DNA of 39,942 nt from assembly GCA_963582505.1 (NCBI GenBank), contig CAUZSC010000003.1:1-39942 (forward strand), read 5' to 3'. This DNA comes from Dehalococcoidia bacterium. GTDB taxonomy: Bacteria; Chloroflexota; Dehalococcoidia; Lucifugimonadales; UBA2985. Below are positions 29,539 to 38,680 of the stretch, piece by piece. The notes beneath the pieces were generated by a model. It made no database searches, was not told where the DNA came from, and was given only the letters and a program-made list of their open reading frames with translations. A program made the translations under genes and the position numbers. Each line of letters begins with the position of its first letter. Position 1 is the first letter of the stretch.

Positions 29539-29613
29539 TGGTCGGGGTGAAAGGATTTGAACCTTCGGCCTCCTGTTCCCAAAACAGGCGCGCTACCCCT
29601 GCGCCACACCCCG
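29539..29613 (-). tRNA. tRNA-Pro (TGG), CCA encoded
   Basis: Cloverleaf: CGGGGTG/CACCCCG acceptor, CCTGT-TTTGGGA-ACAGG anticodon arm, GGTTCAAATCC. Confidence 0.96.
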
Positions 29614-29658
29614 GAAGACCTATAATAGGTCAGTCAATAACATCTGGTCAAGATAGTA

Positions 29659-32163
29659 CTACCGAACATGGGGTGCGTAATCCATTCCTATATGCCCTTG
29701 TTCTTTCAAATATTGATATTCTTCTTCGCTCAATTTTATGACCTCACGGAAAACATAATCATTGTCCTCGCCCAGCCTCATAGGTGGTTTGCGCACTTCA
29801 AATGGCACCTTACTCATCTTATATGTAGTACTGGGATATAGATGTGTACCTGCTTCCGGATGGGTTATTTGGACAAAGAAATCACGATCCTTGATATGTG
29901 GGTCACTGAACACATGCTCTTCATGCATAATATGCCCACACATAATACCTTTCGCTTGCAATTCATGAAACAAATCAACTGGATTCTTATCCGCGGTCCA
30001 TTTAGCAATTATCTTATCAACTTCATCGTGATCTAAAAGTAAGTCAGTTATATTTTCATATTTGCTCTTATTCTTCATTAAATCACTTAATGTAATCCAC
30101 TCATCAATATTAGATATAGTTATAGCTACCCATTCATCTTCACCTGCACATTGGTATACACCTTGAACCAAATTACCTAAATGATCGCGATTACCAATAG
30201 GCCCAGCTACTCGGCCATTCATTGAATAATCCATGTATAACTCTCCTAAGTGTGGCAGGAAGTTTTCACCTAGTGATATATCAATATAGAGACCTTTGCC
30301 AGTTTTTTCTCTTTGTCTTAATGCCATGGTTGCAACCAAGCCTATTGTTACTCCGCAAGCAGCATCTGCAGCTACAGAACCAGGAGCACCCTCAGTCCCC
30401 ATATCGGGATAGCCGCTGACAGTTGCATGCCCCACAGAAGCCTCAAATTGAGTACCTATACCTCTATAATAATTCCATGGGCCGGTTTGTCCAAAACCTG
30501 TAGCAGATATCATTATCAGTTTAGGGTTCCATTTGCTCACTACATCGTATGAAATACCTAACCGTTTCATAGAACCAGTGGCGTTATTCTCAATGAATAT
30601 GTCACTTATCTCTACCAACTTACGGAAGGCAACACGTGCTTCATCTTTTGTCATATCTAATGTAATCCCATGCTTATTCCTTGCATGCGCATTAAAGTTC
30701 GAAGCTCTATTCCATGGCCTCTCTCCTGGATCTCTATCTGGATATGGTGAGGTTGCCGCTCTCATCTGAGATTCCTTACTTGGTCTGGCAAATTGGCCTC
30801 TGCTAGTAGCAGGCAAACCATTAAGCGTCTCCACTCGAATAACCTCTGCACCCATATCACCCAAGAACATTGTCCCATATGGTCCAGCAAAAATTACTGC
30901 CATATCAATAATCCTAACACCTTCCAATGGGCGCTTATTCGAATTTCCATCCGCCTTCGGTTGATTCTTGTGTGAAGTCTTAAGCTCAGACGATATCTCA
31001 TAATTGTGTTGACCCAAAGTTGGGCTGGGCTTTTTTAGCTGCCACCAACCGTTGTTGTTATATATTTGAGAACCAGGGTATCGAAGATTGCCGGCTACCG
31101 GATGGTCTATACTAGCGAAATACTTTCGGGCATCCAGTTGCGGATTGTCATCCATAACCTCATCTATTTTGCTGTTGGCTGATATAAGTAATCCATGCTC
31201 TTGACACTCTTTAACAGCCTGATGCTTTGTCTTTTTTGACAACCATGGCAACCATATTGTTTCCAGAAATTCCTCTTTATAATCCATGTCCTGCGTACCT
31301 GAGGCTATGCCATACCTTGGATCTTCTACAAGTTCCGGCATCCCTATGGCCGCAGCTGTGTAAGCAAATCTTTGACCAGCACCAGAGACAGATATTGTCC
31401 CATCTATACACGGAAAGTGTCCATTTGGATACCCTGCTCTTGAAGGCCCTAATCTTTTACCTCTTTCGCCATTATATTGGTAACCAAGTAAGCTTGTGAG
31501 CCTTCCATTAATTGAGCCTAATTGTGTCTCCAATATTGAAACATCAACTTGCTGGCCTCCTGATCCCTGATATTCTCTACCATACCAAGCAAAAATAGTT
31601 GCCATCGCCGCATTATTCCCGGCTTGATATTGAACATGATTACCACCTAATTTCAGCGGATATCTATCTGGAAGACCAGAGGCCCCCATCCTTCCACCCA
31701 TAGCATATAGAACCAACTCGGAGGCGATATAATCTCGATAAGGGCCCGTTTGCCCAAAATTAGAAACTGATGTCATAATTAACCCAGGATTTATCTCTTT
31801 TAATACATCATACCCAAGACCTAATTTATCTATAGTTCCTGGTTTAAAATTTTCAACCAGAATATCAGCACCAGTAACCAGGGATTTAACCGCATCTAAA
31901 CCTTCAGCACTTTTCAGATCTAAAGTAATACCCCTTTTATTTGTGTTCAGGTATAAGAATAAGCCGCTTTTCTCAGGATCACTGATATCTCCAGGAAATG
32001 GCCCCATCCGTCGAGTATAATCACCTATCTCTGGTTTCTCTACTTTGATAACATCTGCTCCAAAATCAGCAAGGATTTTGGTGCAAAACGGACCTGGAAT
32101 ACCTTGTGTCAAGTCAATGACACGAATACCCGACAAAGGCTGCCCGCCAGTGTCACTAGTCAT
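29659..32163 (-). CDS. Class III (CaiB/BaiF) CoA-transferase, two fused domains
   Basis: Two copies of PLxGxRxID...GAxVI, RNK/TNKRGITLD, ENF/ENN, GQTGP; ATG 32163 follows GGAGG. Confidence 0.92.
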   Translation of the reverse strand: MTSDTGGQPLSGIRVIDLTQGIPGPFCTKILADFGADVIKVEKPEIGDYTRRMGPFPGDISDPEKSGLFLYLNTNKRGITLDLKSAEGLDAVKSLVTGADILVENFKPGTIDKLGLGYDVLKEINPGLIMTSVSNFGQTGPYRDYIASELVLYAMGGRMGASGLPDRYPLKLGGNHVQYQAGNNAAMATIFAWYGREYQGSGGQQVDVSILETQLGSINGRLTSLLGYQYNGERGKRLGPSRAGYPNGHFPCIDGTISVSGAGQRFAYTAAAIGMPELVEDPRYGIASGTQDMDYKEEFLETIWLPWLSKKTKHQAVKECQEHGLLISANSKIDEVMDDNPQLDARKYFASIDHPVAGNLRYPGSQIYNNNGWWQLKKPSPTLGQHNYEISSELKTSHKNQPKADGNSNKRPLEGVRIIDMAVIFAGPYGTMFLGDMGAEVIRVETLNGLPATSRGQFARPSKESQMRAATSPYPDRDPGERPWNRASNFNAHARNKHGITLDMTKDEARVAFRKLVEISDIFIENNATGSMKRLGISYDVVSKWNPKLIMISATGFGQTGPWNYYRGIGTQFEASVGHATVSGYPDMGTEGAPGSVAADAACGVTIGLVATMALRQREKTGKGLYIDISLGENFLPHLGELYMDYSMNGRVAGPIGNRDHLGNLVQGVYQCAGEDEWVAITISNIDEWITLSDLMKNKSKYENITDLLLDHDEVDKIIAKWTADKNPVDLFHELQAKGIMCGHIMHEEHVFSDPHIKDRDFFVQITHPEAGTHLYPSTTYKMSKVPFEVRKPPMRLGEDNDYVFREVIKLSEEEYQYLKEQGHIGMDYAPHVR

Positions 32164-32359
32164 AATGTGACCTCCGTTCTGGAAACAATTATGTAGAGAG
32201 CAGAATAACACAATAAATAAAGGTCTGTATCTATATTCATTGGATATAACCAAAACATATATACAGAAACATTAAAGTTCTCCTTATTGTTGACCTTATA
32301 TCGAATCTGCGAATATTATGGAATTATAAAGTGCCGTTTTTGTAGAGCCAAAGGGAAAT

Positions 32360-32778
32360 ATGGAGGGTATATTGGATACCAAATTTGGTTATTTTTCATT
32401 AGCAGTAACTAGCATCACAGAAGCTACTGAGCTATACACGAAAATGCTTGGATTAGAAGTGATAGAGCCACCAGAAGAATCCGTAGAGTTTGGATTTATG
32501 GCATCCAGGCTTGGTATTGGTAAAAACAGTTTCCTAGAACTTCTAGAATCTACAAATGAAACATCTGCAGTGGCTAGATTCATAAAATCAAGAGGCGAAG
32601 GAGTATATCTAATAAGTCTAGCGGTAGACAATCTCAAAGATGCTGTAAGACAAGTCAGGGCATCAGGAGGAAGAATAACGGGCATAGATGAAAATGAGGA
32701 ACCCGGCCCAGATACTACAATGGTTTGGATACACCCAACAACAAGAGGGTATTTATAGAATTACGGGAATCCAAATGA
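32360..32778 (+). pseudogene. VOC-family protein with a frameshift near the 3' end (real or sequencing error)
   Basis: FLELLES, RGEGVY, WIHP; the expected GVFIEL tail lies in the -1 frame after the GGG at 32747-32749. Confidence 0.7.
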
Positions 32779-32820
32779 ACCTGCTGTGTCCGCATAAATA
32801 ATATTTAGGAGTCAGGAGAA

Positions 32821-33774
32821 ATGGCAAAATCACAAATCCCTACAGAAGAAGATGTGCTCAATTACGCCTCAACAATAACTAATTGGGGTAGATGGGGAGA
32901 CGAAGACGAACTCGGAACTGTAAATCATATCGGTCCAGAACAGATAAAATACGCGTCGACATTAGTCAGAGAAGGTATAACCATATCATGTTCAAGACCC
33001 ATAAGCATGGAGTCAGCCCCTGACTCTATAGCTTCTCCAGTAATACATTACATGACTGGATCAGGTGAGTCGTCTCTCGATAACACTGCCCAACAACTAG
33101 TCCCCCAACAAAGCAGTGGCGATTTTATTGGTATGTCATTCCATGGGCATAGCATAACTCATATAGATTCTCTATCACATATGTTCTGGAATGGGAAAAT
33201 GTATAACAATCGTCCATCTTCACTGGTTACTACTCGTGAAGGTGCTACTAAAGAATCTATAGAAGTATTAAAGAATGGCGTAGTAAGTAGAGGTGTGCTT
33301 ATAGACGCAGCCCGTAGTCGTGGGGTGGACTGGATGAACCCAGCAGAAGCAATTATGCCAGACGAGTTGGATCAAATAGCCAAAGAACAAAACGTCAAAT
33401 TTCGAGATGGAGATATACTTCTAGTTAGAACAGGTAATTACAAAAGACGCACGGAAGAAGGACCTAGGTCACCAGCAGATGGTTACCCTGGACTGCAGGC
33501 AGCGTGTATACCATGGATACACAAGAAAAGTATTGCTGTATTAGGTGGAGACACAGTAAGTGATGTTTTCCCCAGTGGCTATTCAAATATAAGGCTTCCT
33601 ATTCATCAAATTGCTTTACCACACTTGGGGCTATGGCTTATAGACAACTGCAACTTAGAAGATCTAGCAAGCACCTGTGCAAGAATAAATAGATGGGAAT
33701 TCTTATTCACAATTGCCCCTTTGAGAATAAGATCAGGCACAGGTTCACCCGTAAACCCAATAGCAATACTCTAG
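32821..33774 (+). CDS. Cyclase-family metal-dependent hydrolase (kynurenine formamidase-like)
   Basis: NWGRWGDEDELGT, THIDSLSH, SRGVLID, GDILLVRTG, GTGSPVNPIA. Confidence 0.9.
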   Translation: MAKSQIPTEEDVLNYASTITNWGRWGDEDELGTVNHIGPEQIKYASTLVREGITISCSRPISMESAPDSIASPVIHYMTGSGESSLDNTAQQLVPQQSSGDFIGMSFHGHSITHIDSLSHMFWNGKMYNNRPSSLVTTREGATKESIEVLKNGVVSRGVLIDAARSRGVDWMNPAEAIMPDELDQIAKEQNVKFRDGDILLVRTGNYKRRTEEGPRSPADGYPGLQAACIPWIHKKSIAVLGGDTVSDVFPSGYSNIRLPIHQIALPHLGLWLIDNCNLEDLASTCARINRWEFLFTIAPLRIRSGTGSPVNPIAIL

Positions 33775-33791
33775 CTGTACGAACTTAACTA

Positions 33792-33868
33792 TGGCGACCC
33801 GGAGGGGATTTGAACCCCTGATCTCCGCCGTGACAGGGCGGCGTGTTAAACCACTACACCACCGGGCC
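33792..33868 (-). tRNA. tRNA-Asp (GTC), CCA encoded
   Basis: Cloverleaf with CCGCC-CTGTCAC-GGCGG anticodon arm and AGGGGTTCAAATCCCCT T-arm. Confidence 0.97.
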
Positions 33869-33980
33869 ATTTATGAAACTCTGCAAACTATAATTTGCTA
33901 AGCAGAACTCTCATAAGTGAGAGGCAGATTTATTCTACTGTAACTTATATATTTTTGCAAAACCGCATTGCCATATATAA

Positions 33981-34115
33981 TCATCTAAGAGTTCTTGTTA
34001 AGGCAATCGCTATCACCAACAAACACAGAAACACAATAAATACCAAAGGTAGTCGCCCCTGATTATTGTTACTGTAAGATGAGCGGTAGGTCCTTCTTCG
34101 CTTTCTAGATCTCAT
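33981..34115 (-). CDS. Small single-TM protein with Arg-rich N-terminus (44 aa), absent from the ORF track
   Basis: AGGA RBS; MRSRKRRRTYRSSYSNNNQGRLPLVFIVFLCLLVIAIALTRTLR. Confidence 0.55.
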   Translation of the reverse strand: MRSRKRRRTYRSSYSNNNQGRLPLVFIVFLCLLVIAIALTRTLR

Positions 34116-34261
34116 TTAATATCCTAAAATCTATCATACTTATTAGATTCCCAGAAGTACTAGACCCGCCTCTATGCTATTATGCAAGATAATATTAATT
34201 TAAAAACTTGCTAAATAAACAATAAAATGCTACTTTGTAGCCGTTTTATCAGGAGCAAAAA

Positions 34262-34882
34262 ATGAACAGAGCTTACATCACACTCAGCTTTATATTCATC
34301 CTTGTGTTGACTGGATGTTCCGCTGGAGCGAGTGAGGTTATGCCTACGCCGTATCCAACATACACGCCGTACCCAACATACACACCTAAACCAGAACCAA
34401 CAAACACGCCTACCCCCATACCTACTAGCACCCCCTACCCTACTTACACACCTTATCCTACTTGGACACCCATACCCATACCTACAAACACCCCTACACC
34501 TACAGCAACACCTACACCTATCCCAATTCCCACACCCACCCCCGGACCTACAGCAACACCTACTCCACTTCCCGCAAGGCCTGGAGAGATGCCCCCAATG
34601 TTTACAAATTTTAAAGGCACTGTCACCATAGGTGGTCTGCCCGCAGCTGATGGAGTAGCAATTTACGCAAAAATTGATTGGTATGTATCTAGGCCCGTAA
34701 AAACTTATGCCGGTGAATATATATCACTAACAGTAGCTCCAAATGATTGGGCACTGGACCTGAAAGATGTGACTTTTCATATTGGCGACTACTCTCAGGC
34801 AGACGAAACCGGGTGGTATAATGGAAAAACTTTTGGCTCCTCTACTGTAAATCTAACTTTCCCTGCAGTTGACAATCCATAA
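34262..34882 (+). CDS. Lipoprotein with PTYTPYPT-rich stalk and small C-terminal beta domain
   Basis: AGGAG RBS, lipobox LTGC, Pro/Thr/Tyr repeats, then FKGTVTIGG...VNLTF. Confidence 0.8.
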   Translation: MNRAYITLSFIFILVLTGCSAGASEVMPTPYPTYTPYPTYTPKPEPTNTPTPIPTSTPYPTYTPYPTWTPIPIPTNTPTPTATPTPIPIPTPTPGPTATPTPLPARPGEMPPMFTNFKGTVTIGGLPAADGVAIYAKIDWYVSRPVKTYAGEYISLTVAPNDWALDLKDVTFHIGDYSQADETGWYNGKTFGSSTVNLTFPAVDNP

Positions 34883-34930
34883 CCACCATCTAATTTATTG
34901 GTATTATATAAATGCCAATACCTCTAATAT

Positions 34931-36040
34931 CTAACCACGCAGAAGGTCCTCTGATCCAAGGTCTCTAATAGCATTGCTAAATCTTTCTAGTGAATTTTTC
35001 AGATAAACAGAAGCTCTATCCCCTTTGTAATTCCCATAACCTCCTGATACAATCCAAAATATTAAGATCTCGAGCATAGAAAGCCGGTAATCTTTTAGGC
35101 ATTCTTCGAACGTATAATCATCTATCCCATTATCCAATAAACAAGAATGATAAACTTTTAGTAATATTTCATCTATTGCCTGCCTCTGTTTTATTGGAAA
35201 TGCTTCGCTGATGAATGTGGCTACATCGTAAGTACCTCTTCCTTTTACACAGTTCTCCCAATCTATAACCTTGATTACAGGAGATCCTAAATTGTTTTCA
35301 AAACCAAAGAAACAATTGTCCAATCTATAATCTCCATGAACAATAGTTAATGGATCTCTGGATAAGGTTGTTTTAATGCTACTTATATTTTCACCTAACT
35401 TTTCCCCGATTTTATGTAGATATACAGGAATGTTGCCCGCTGACATATCTACAAATGATCTCCATGCATCCTGATAAAGCTCCTCGTATGCTTGGATTTC
35501 ATTAATTTTAACAGGCATCCAATCAATGTACTTAAGTTCGTTTTTCATCCACCATTTGGACTGGAATTTAGCTAATTGCGTCAAAGCTATACAAGCTTCA
35601 TCATACGAACATCCAGAAACACTATCTCCCTGCCTGTAGTAACTAATGTCCTCAAGAAGCAATACAGATCTCCCACTAAAATAGTCGACTGCACCATAAT
35701 ACATTGCCGGAACACCCAATATGCCATTGGAACTGACTAGTTGATAGAATTTGAATTCCTTCTTCGCATTATTTAATTTCTCATGGACCATCTTGAGGTT
35801 GATATCTGAGGGGGGTAATTTTAGAATTAATGTGTTAGGCAGGTTATGTACTTCGTTATCATATTTGAGTTTTAGTCTTGCTAGTCTGTTAATAAATCCA
35901 AAGTCTTGCCCTATCTTCTCTAGCTTGAATGAGACTAAATTGGTATTACCAATTTCATAAGTTGCACCTAGTTTTATTGCTTCATTCAACCATTCAAGCG
36001 TAATATCTTCATAATCACTAGGAATCATTAACGTATGCAT
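34931..36040 (-). CDS. APH/choline kinase-fold phosphotransferase (EcKL/DUF1679-like)
   Basis: ILKLP, KEFKFY, LLLED, HGDYRLDN, IDW; start codon uncertain. Confidence 0.82.
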   Translation of the reverse strand: MHTLMIPSDYEDITLEWLNEAIKLGATYEIGNTNLVSFKLEKIGQDFGFINRLARLKLKYDNEVHNLPNTLILKLPPSDINLKMVHEKLNNAKKEFKFYQLVSSNGILGVPAMYYGAVDYFSGRSVLLLEDISYYRQGDSVSGCSYDEACIALTQLAKFQSKWWMKNELKYIDWMPVKINEIQAYEELYQDAWRSFVDMSAGNIPVYLHKIGEKLGENISSIKTTLSRDPLTIVHGDYRLDNCFFGFENNLGSPVIKVIDWENCVKGRGTYDVATFISEAFPIKQRQAIDEILLKVYHSCLLDNGIDDYTFEECLKDYRLSMLEILIFWIVSGGYGNYKGDRASVYLKNSLERFSNAIRDLGSEDLLRG

Positions 36041-36231
36041 TGTAGTTCTCGTATTTCTATTATGTCGCAAACATAATATTTATAGTTTAAAAGTTTATAT
36101 TAACTAATCCCCCCCCATTCTGTAAAATTCTAGAATAACTAGCTCAGATGTTTAGCATAAATACAATATTCCTCTATAAAATTAAAATTTGTTTAATTCA
36201 CTCAATAAGAATCCTAAATAGACCTTAAATA

Positions 36232-36260
36232 TTGACAGCACTCTTCCAACTTGATAACCT
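36232..36260 (+). promoter_or_regulatory. Sigma70-type promoter of the acyl-CoA synthetase genes
   Basis: TTGACA-N17-TAACCT with extended TG. Confidence 0.6.
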
Positions 36261-36287
36261 CGATAGGTTGTTTTATGGAGGTGATGA

Positions 36288-36986
36288 ATGGGATCAGCCG
36301 ATTTAATATCTAAAGCAAGGTCAGAAGGAAGGTTACTTCTAACAGAGGTAGAATCCAAGGAACTTCTCAAAGAGGCAGGTATACCTGTAGTGGAAACTTT
36401 TCTGGCTCAGTCTAAAGCAGAAGCATCTAGTATTGCTAAATCAATAGGCTTCCCAGTAGTACTTAAGATAATATCTCCGGAAATTATACACAAGAGTGAC
36501 CTTGGTGGCGTTAAGATTGGCCTTAATAATGATGAACAAGTTGGAGAGGCCTACGATTCAATAATCTCCTCTATAACTAAGGCTATGCCTTCAGCATCTA
36601 TACATGGAATATCAGTCCAGAAGATGGCAGATCCAGGAACAGAAGTTATCATAGGTGCTTCCACCGACCCTCAATTTGGACACGTGATCATGTTTGGCAT
36701 AGGTGGAGTATTAGTTGAAATACTTAAAGATGTTGCTCTAAAATTAGTGCCGTTAACTCCTCGCGATGCCCATTCAATCGTGAGAGAGATCAAAAGTTTT
36801 CCATTGCTGGAAGGTTACCGTGGAGCACCAGCATCAGACATTAACAAATTAGAAGAGGCTATCCTGAATTTATCTAAATTCTTAGATGGCAACAAAGAAA
36901 TAAGGGAGTTGGACCTGAACCCTGTATTCTGCTATCCGGATGGAATAGTAGCAGTAGATGCAAGGGTAGTTCTAGAGGAAAATTAA
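36288..36986 (+). CDS. ADP-forming acetate/acyl-CoA ligase, beta (ATP-grasp) subunit
   Basis: GFPVVLKI, HKSDLGGV, DPQFG, ELDLNP, VDAR. Confidence 0.9.
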   Translation: MGSADLISKARSEGRLLLTEVESKELLKEAGIPVVETFLAQSKAEASSIAKSIGFPVVLKIISPEIIHKSDLGGVKIGLNNDEQVGEAYDSIISSITKAMPSASIHGISVQKMADPGTEVIIGASTDPQFGHVIMFGIGGVLVEILKDVALKLVPLTPRDAHSIVREIKSFPLLEGYRGAPASDINKLEEAILNLSKFLDGNKEIRELDLNPVFCYPDGIVAVDARVVLEEN

Positions 36987-37016
36987 ATATATCACTAGGT
37001 GATTGCTGGAGGAACA

Positions 37017-38474
37017 ATGGGCTTTGAACTTGATTATCTATTCAATCCGAAATCAATGGCAGTAGCAGGGGCATCTGAATCACCAGACAAAACTGGCCAT
37101 ACCTACTTTAAGAATCTACTTGATAATTTCCCCGGGAAAGTCTATCCAATAAACTTCAGAGCCTCCACAATTCTAGATGTTCCTACATACCAATCCATAA
37201 GAGATTTGCCTGAAGATGTAGATTATGTTATATCAGCAATTCCTAATAGAGATGTTCTGGACCTTGTAGACGCATGTATAAGCAAAAATGTTAAAACTCT
37301 TCACCTGTTCACAGCAAGATTTAGCGAAACAGGATATGAAAAAGAGACTAAACTTGAGCAAGACATGCTAGACATGGCAGCAAAAGGTGGCATACGAATA
37401 ATAGGGCCAAACTGCATGGGCCTCTACAACCCTAGACTTGGAATAAGTTGGGGGAAAGGCTTCCCACAGGAAGTAGGTAACATCGGCGTCATATCACAAA
37501 GTGGTAGCAATGGTGGAGATATAGTTTCAGAAGGTGCTATACGAGGCTTGCGATTTACTAAGGTTATAAGTTATGGAAATGCTCTGGACCTTAATGAAGC
37601 AGATTTCATAGAATATCTTGCGGATGATCCCGAAACAGAAGTTATTGGGGCTTATATAGAAGGAGTTAGAGATGGTCCAAGATTTGCTAAAGCTCTTCGA
37701 TATGCTTCCGCTCGAAAACCAGTTTGTCTACTAAAAGGTGGAAGAACTAATGCTGGGACCAGTATGGTCTCTTCTCATACCGCTTCATTAGCTGGGACTA
37801 GAGAGGTGTGGGAAGCTATCTGCAAACAGACTGGTGCCATTAATACTTATAGTATGGATGAGTTATTGGACATGCTAGTAGCTTTCTCTAGAATGCCCAA
37901 GGCAACCGGATACCGTGTGTTAGTAGGTGGAGGAGCTGGCGGTAAGAGTGTAACGTCTGCAGATGAATGTGAAGAAGAAGGATTAGTGCTCCAACCTATC
38001 CCAGATGATATAAGGGAAGAACTTACATCCCAAGATCCATTCTTTGGACCATGGGTAACCAACCCCGTAGATAGTTCTATAATGGGCGGAAGTAACCTAA
38101 AGCCACATGAGGTTATAGAATTTATAGCCAAAAGCCCAAAATACGATGTTGTTATTAACACAGTCTCGGCTGGCGGACCTTGGGGTGGTCATGACCCTGC
38201 CAGACAACAACGTGCCGCTAGAATACTAGAACATACTATAGGAATCTCACAAAATCTAGGTAAACCAGTAGCCTTAGTATTATCTGAAAGTATCCCTGAG
38301 TCCTCGGAACAATACGAAGTCAACTTAGAGTTAAGACACAAATGCTTAGAGGAAGGCTTTGCCATATTCCCCTCCATGAGCAGAGCTGCCAGGGCAATAG
38401 GAAGACTAGTAAAATACTACGTATGGGCATCTGAAGAGCTGGACGAATTGGGCACCTCCGTTCAAGGTCCTTAG
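37017..38474 (+). CDS. ADP-forming acetate/acyl-CoA ligase, alpha (CoA-binding) subunit
   Basis: FNPKSMAVAGAS, IGPNCMG, SQSG, SHTASLAG (phospho-His), NPVD; ATG 37017 follows GGAGG. Confidence 0.9.
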   Translation: MGFELDYLFNPKSMAVAGASESPDKTGHTYFKNLLDNFPGKVYPINFRASTILDVPTYQSIRDLPEDVDYVISAIPNRDVLDLVDACISKNVKTLHLFTARFSETGYEKETKLEQDMLDMAAKGGIRIIGPNCMGLYNPRLGISWGKGFPQEVGNIGVISQSGSNGGDIVSEGAIRGLRFTKVISYGNALDLNEADFIEYLADDPETEVIGAYIEGVRDGPRFAKALRYASARKPVCLLKGGRTNAGTSMVSSHTASLAGTREVWEAICKQTGAINTYSMDELLDMLVAFSRMPKATGYRVLVGGGAGGKSVTSADECEEEGLVLQPIPDDIREELTSQDPFFGPWVTNPVDSSIMGGSNLKPHEVIEFIAKSPKYDVVINTVSAGGPWGGHDPARQQRAARILEHTIGISQNLGKPVALVLSESIPESSEQYEVNLELRHKCLEEGFAIFPSMSRAARAIGRLVKYYVWASEELDELGTSVQGP

Positions 38475-38680
38475 CAAACAGCACCCAGCACAGATATCTA
38501 TCCTCAGGAACAGGTATTGGTTTAACCCAAAGCTGCTTACTGTACTAGTACTACAAATTTAGTAAGATATATACATGTGTAAAACAGGTTATATCCATCT
38601 TTATATTAAGCAAAACCACCCATACGTTGCAGCAGTCAATGCAACAAATTTAAAACAATTTATGTCACGAGTATTTTAGA

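Larger units (their letters stand above)
28011..29567. mobile_element. Integrase-less genomic islet relic at the tRNA-Pro 3' end
   Basis: Flanked by imperfect direct repeats 28011-28057 / 29522-29567; tandem 12-bp-period repeats inside both ends; no mobility gene. Confidence 0.55.

Noticed and set aside
29547-29741. 64-aa plus-strand ORF in the track
   Set aside because: Antisense to tRNA-Pro and the CoA-transferase 3' end.
33870-34260. Island associated with tRNA-Asp
   Set aside because: No duplicated tRNA-Asp 3' fragment noticed; the gene abuts the cyclase stop codon.
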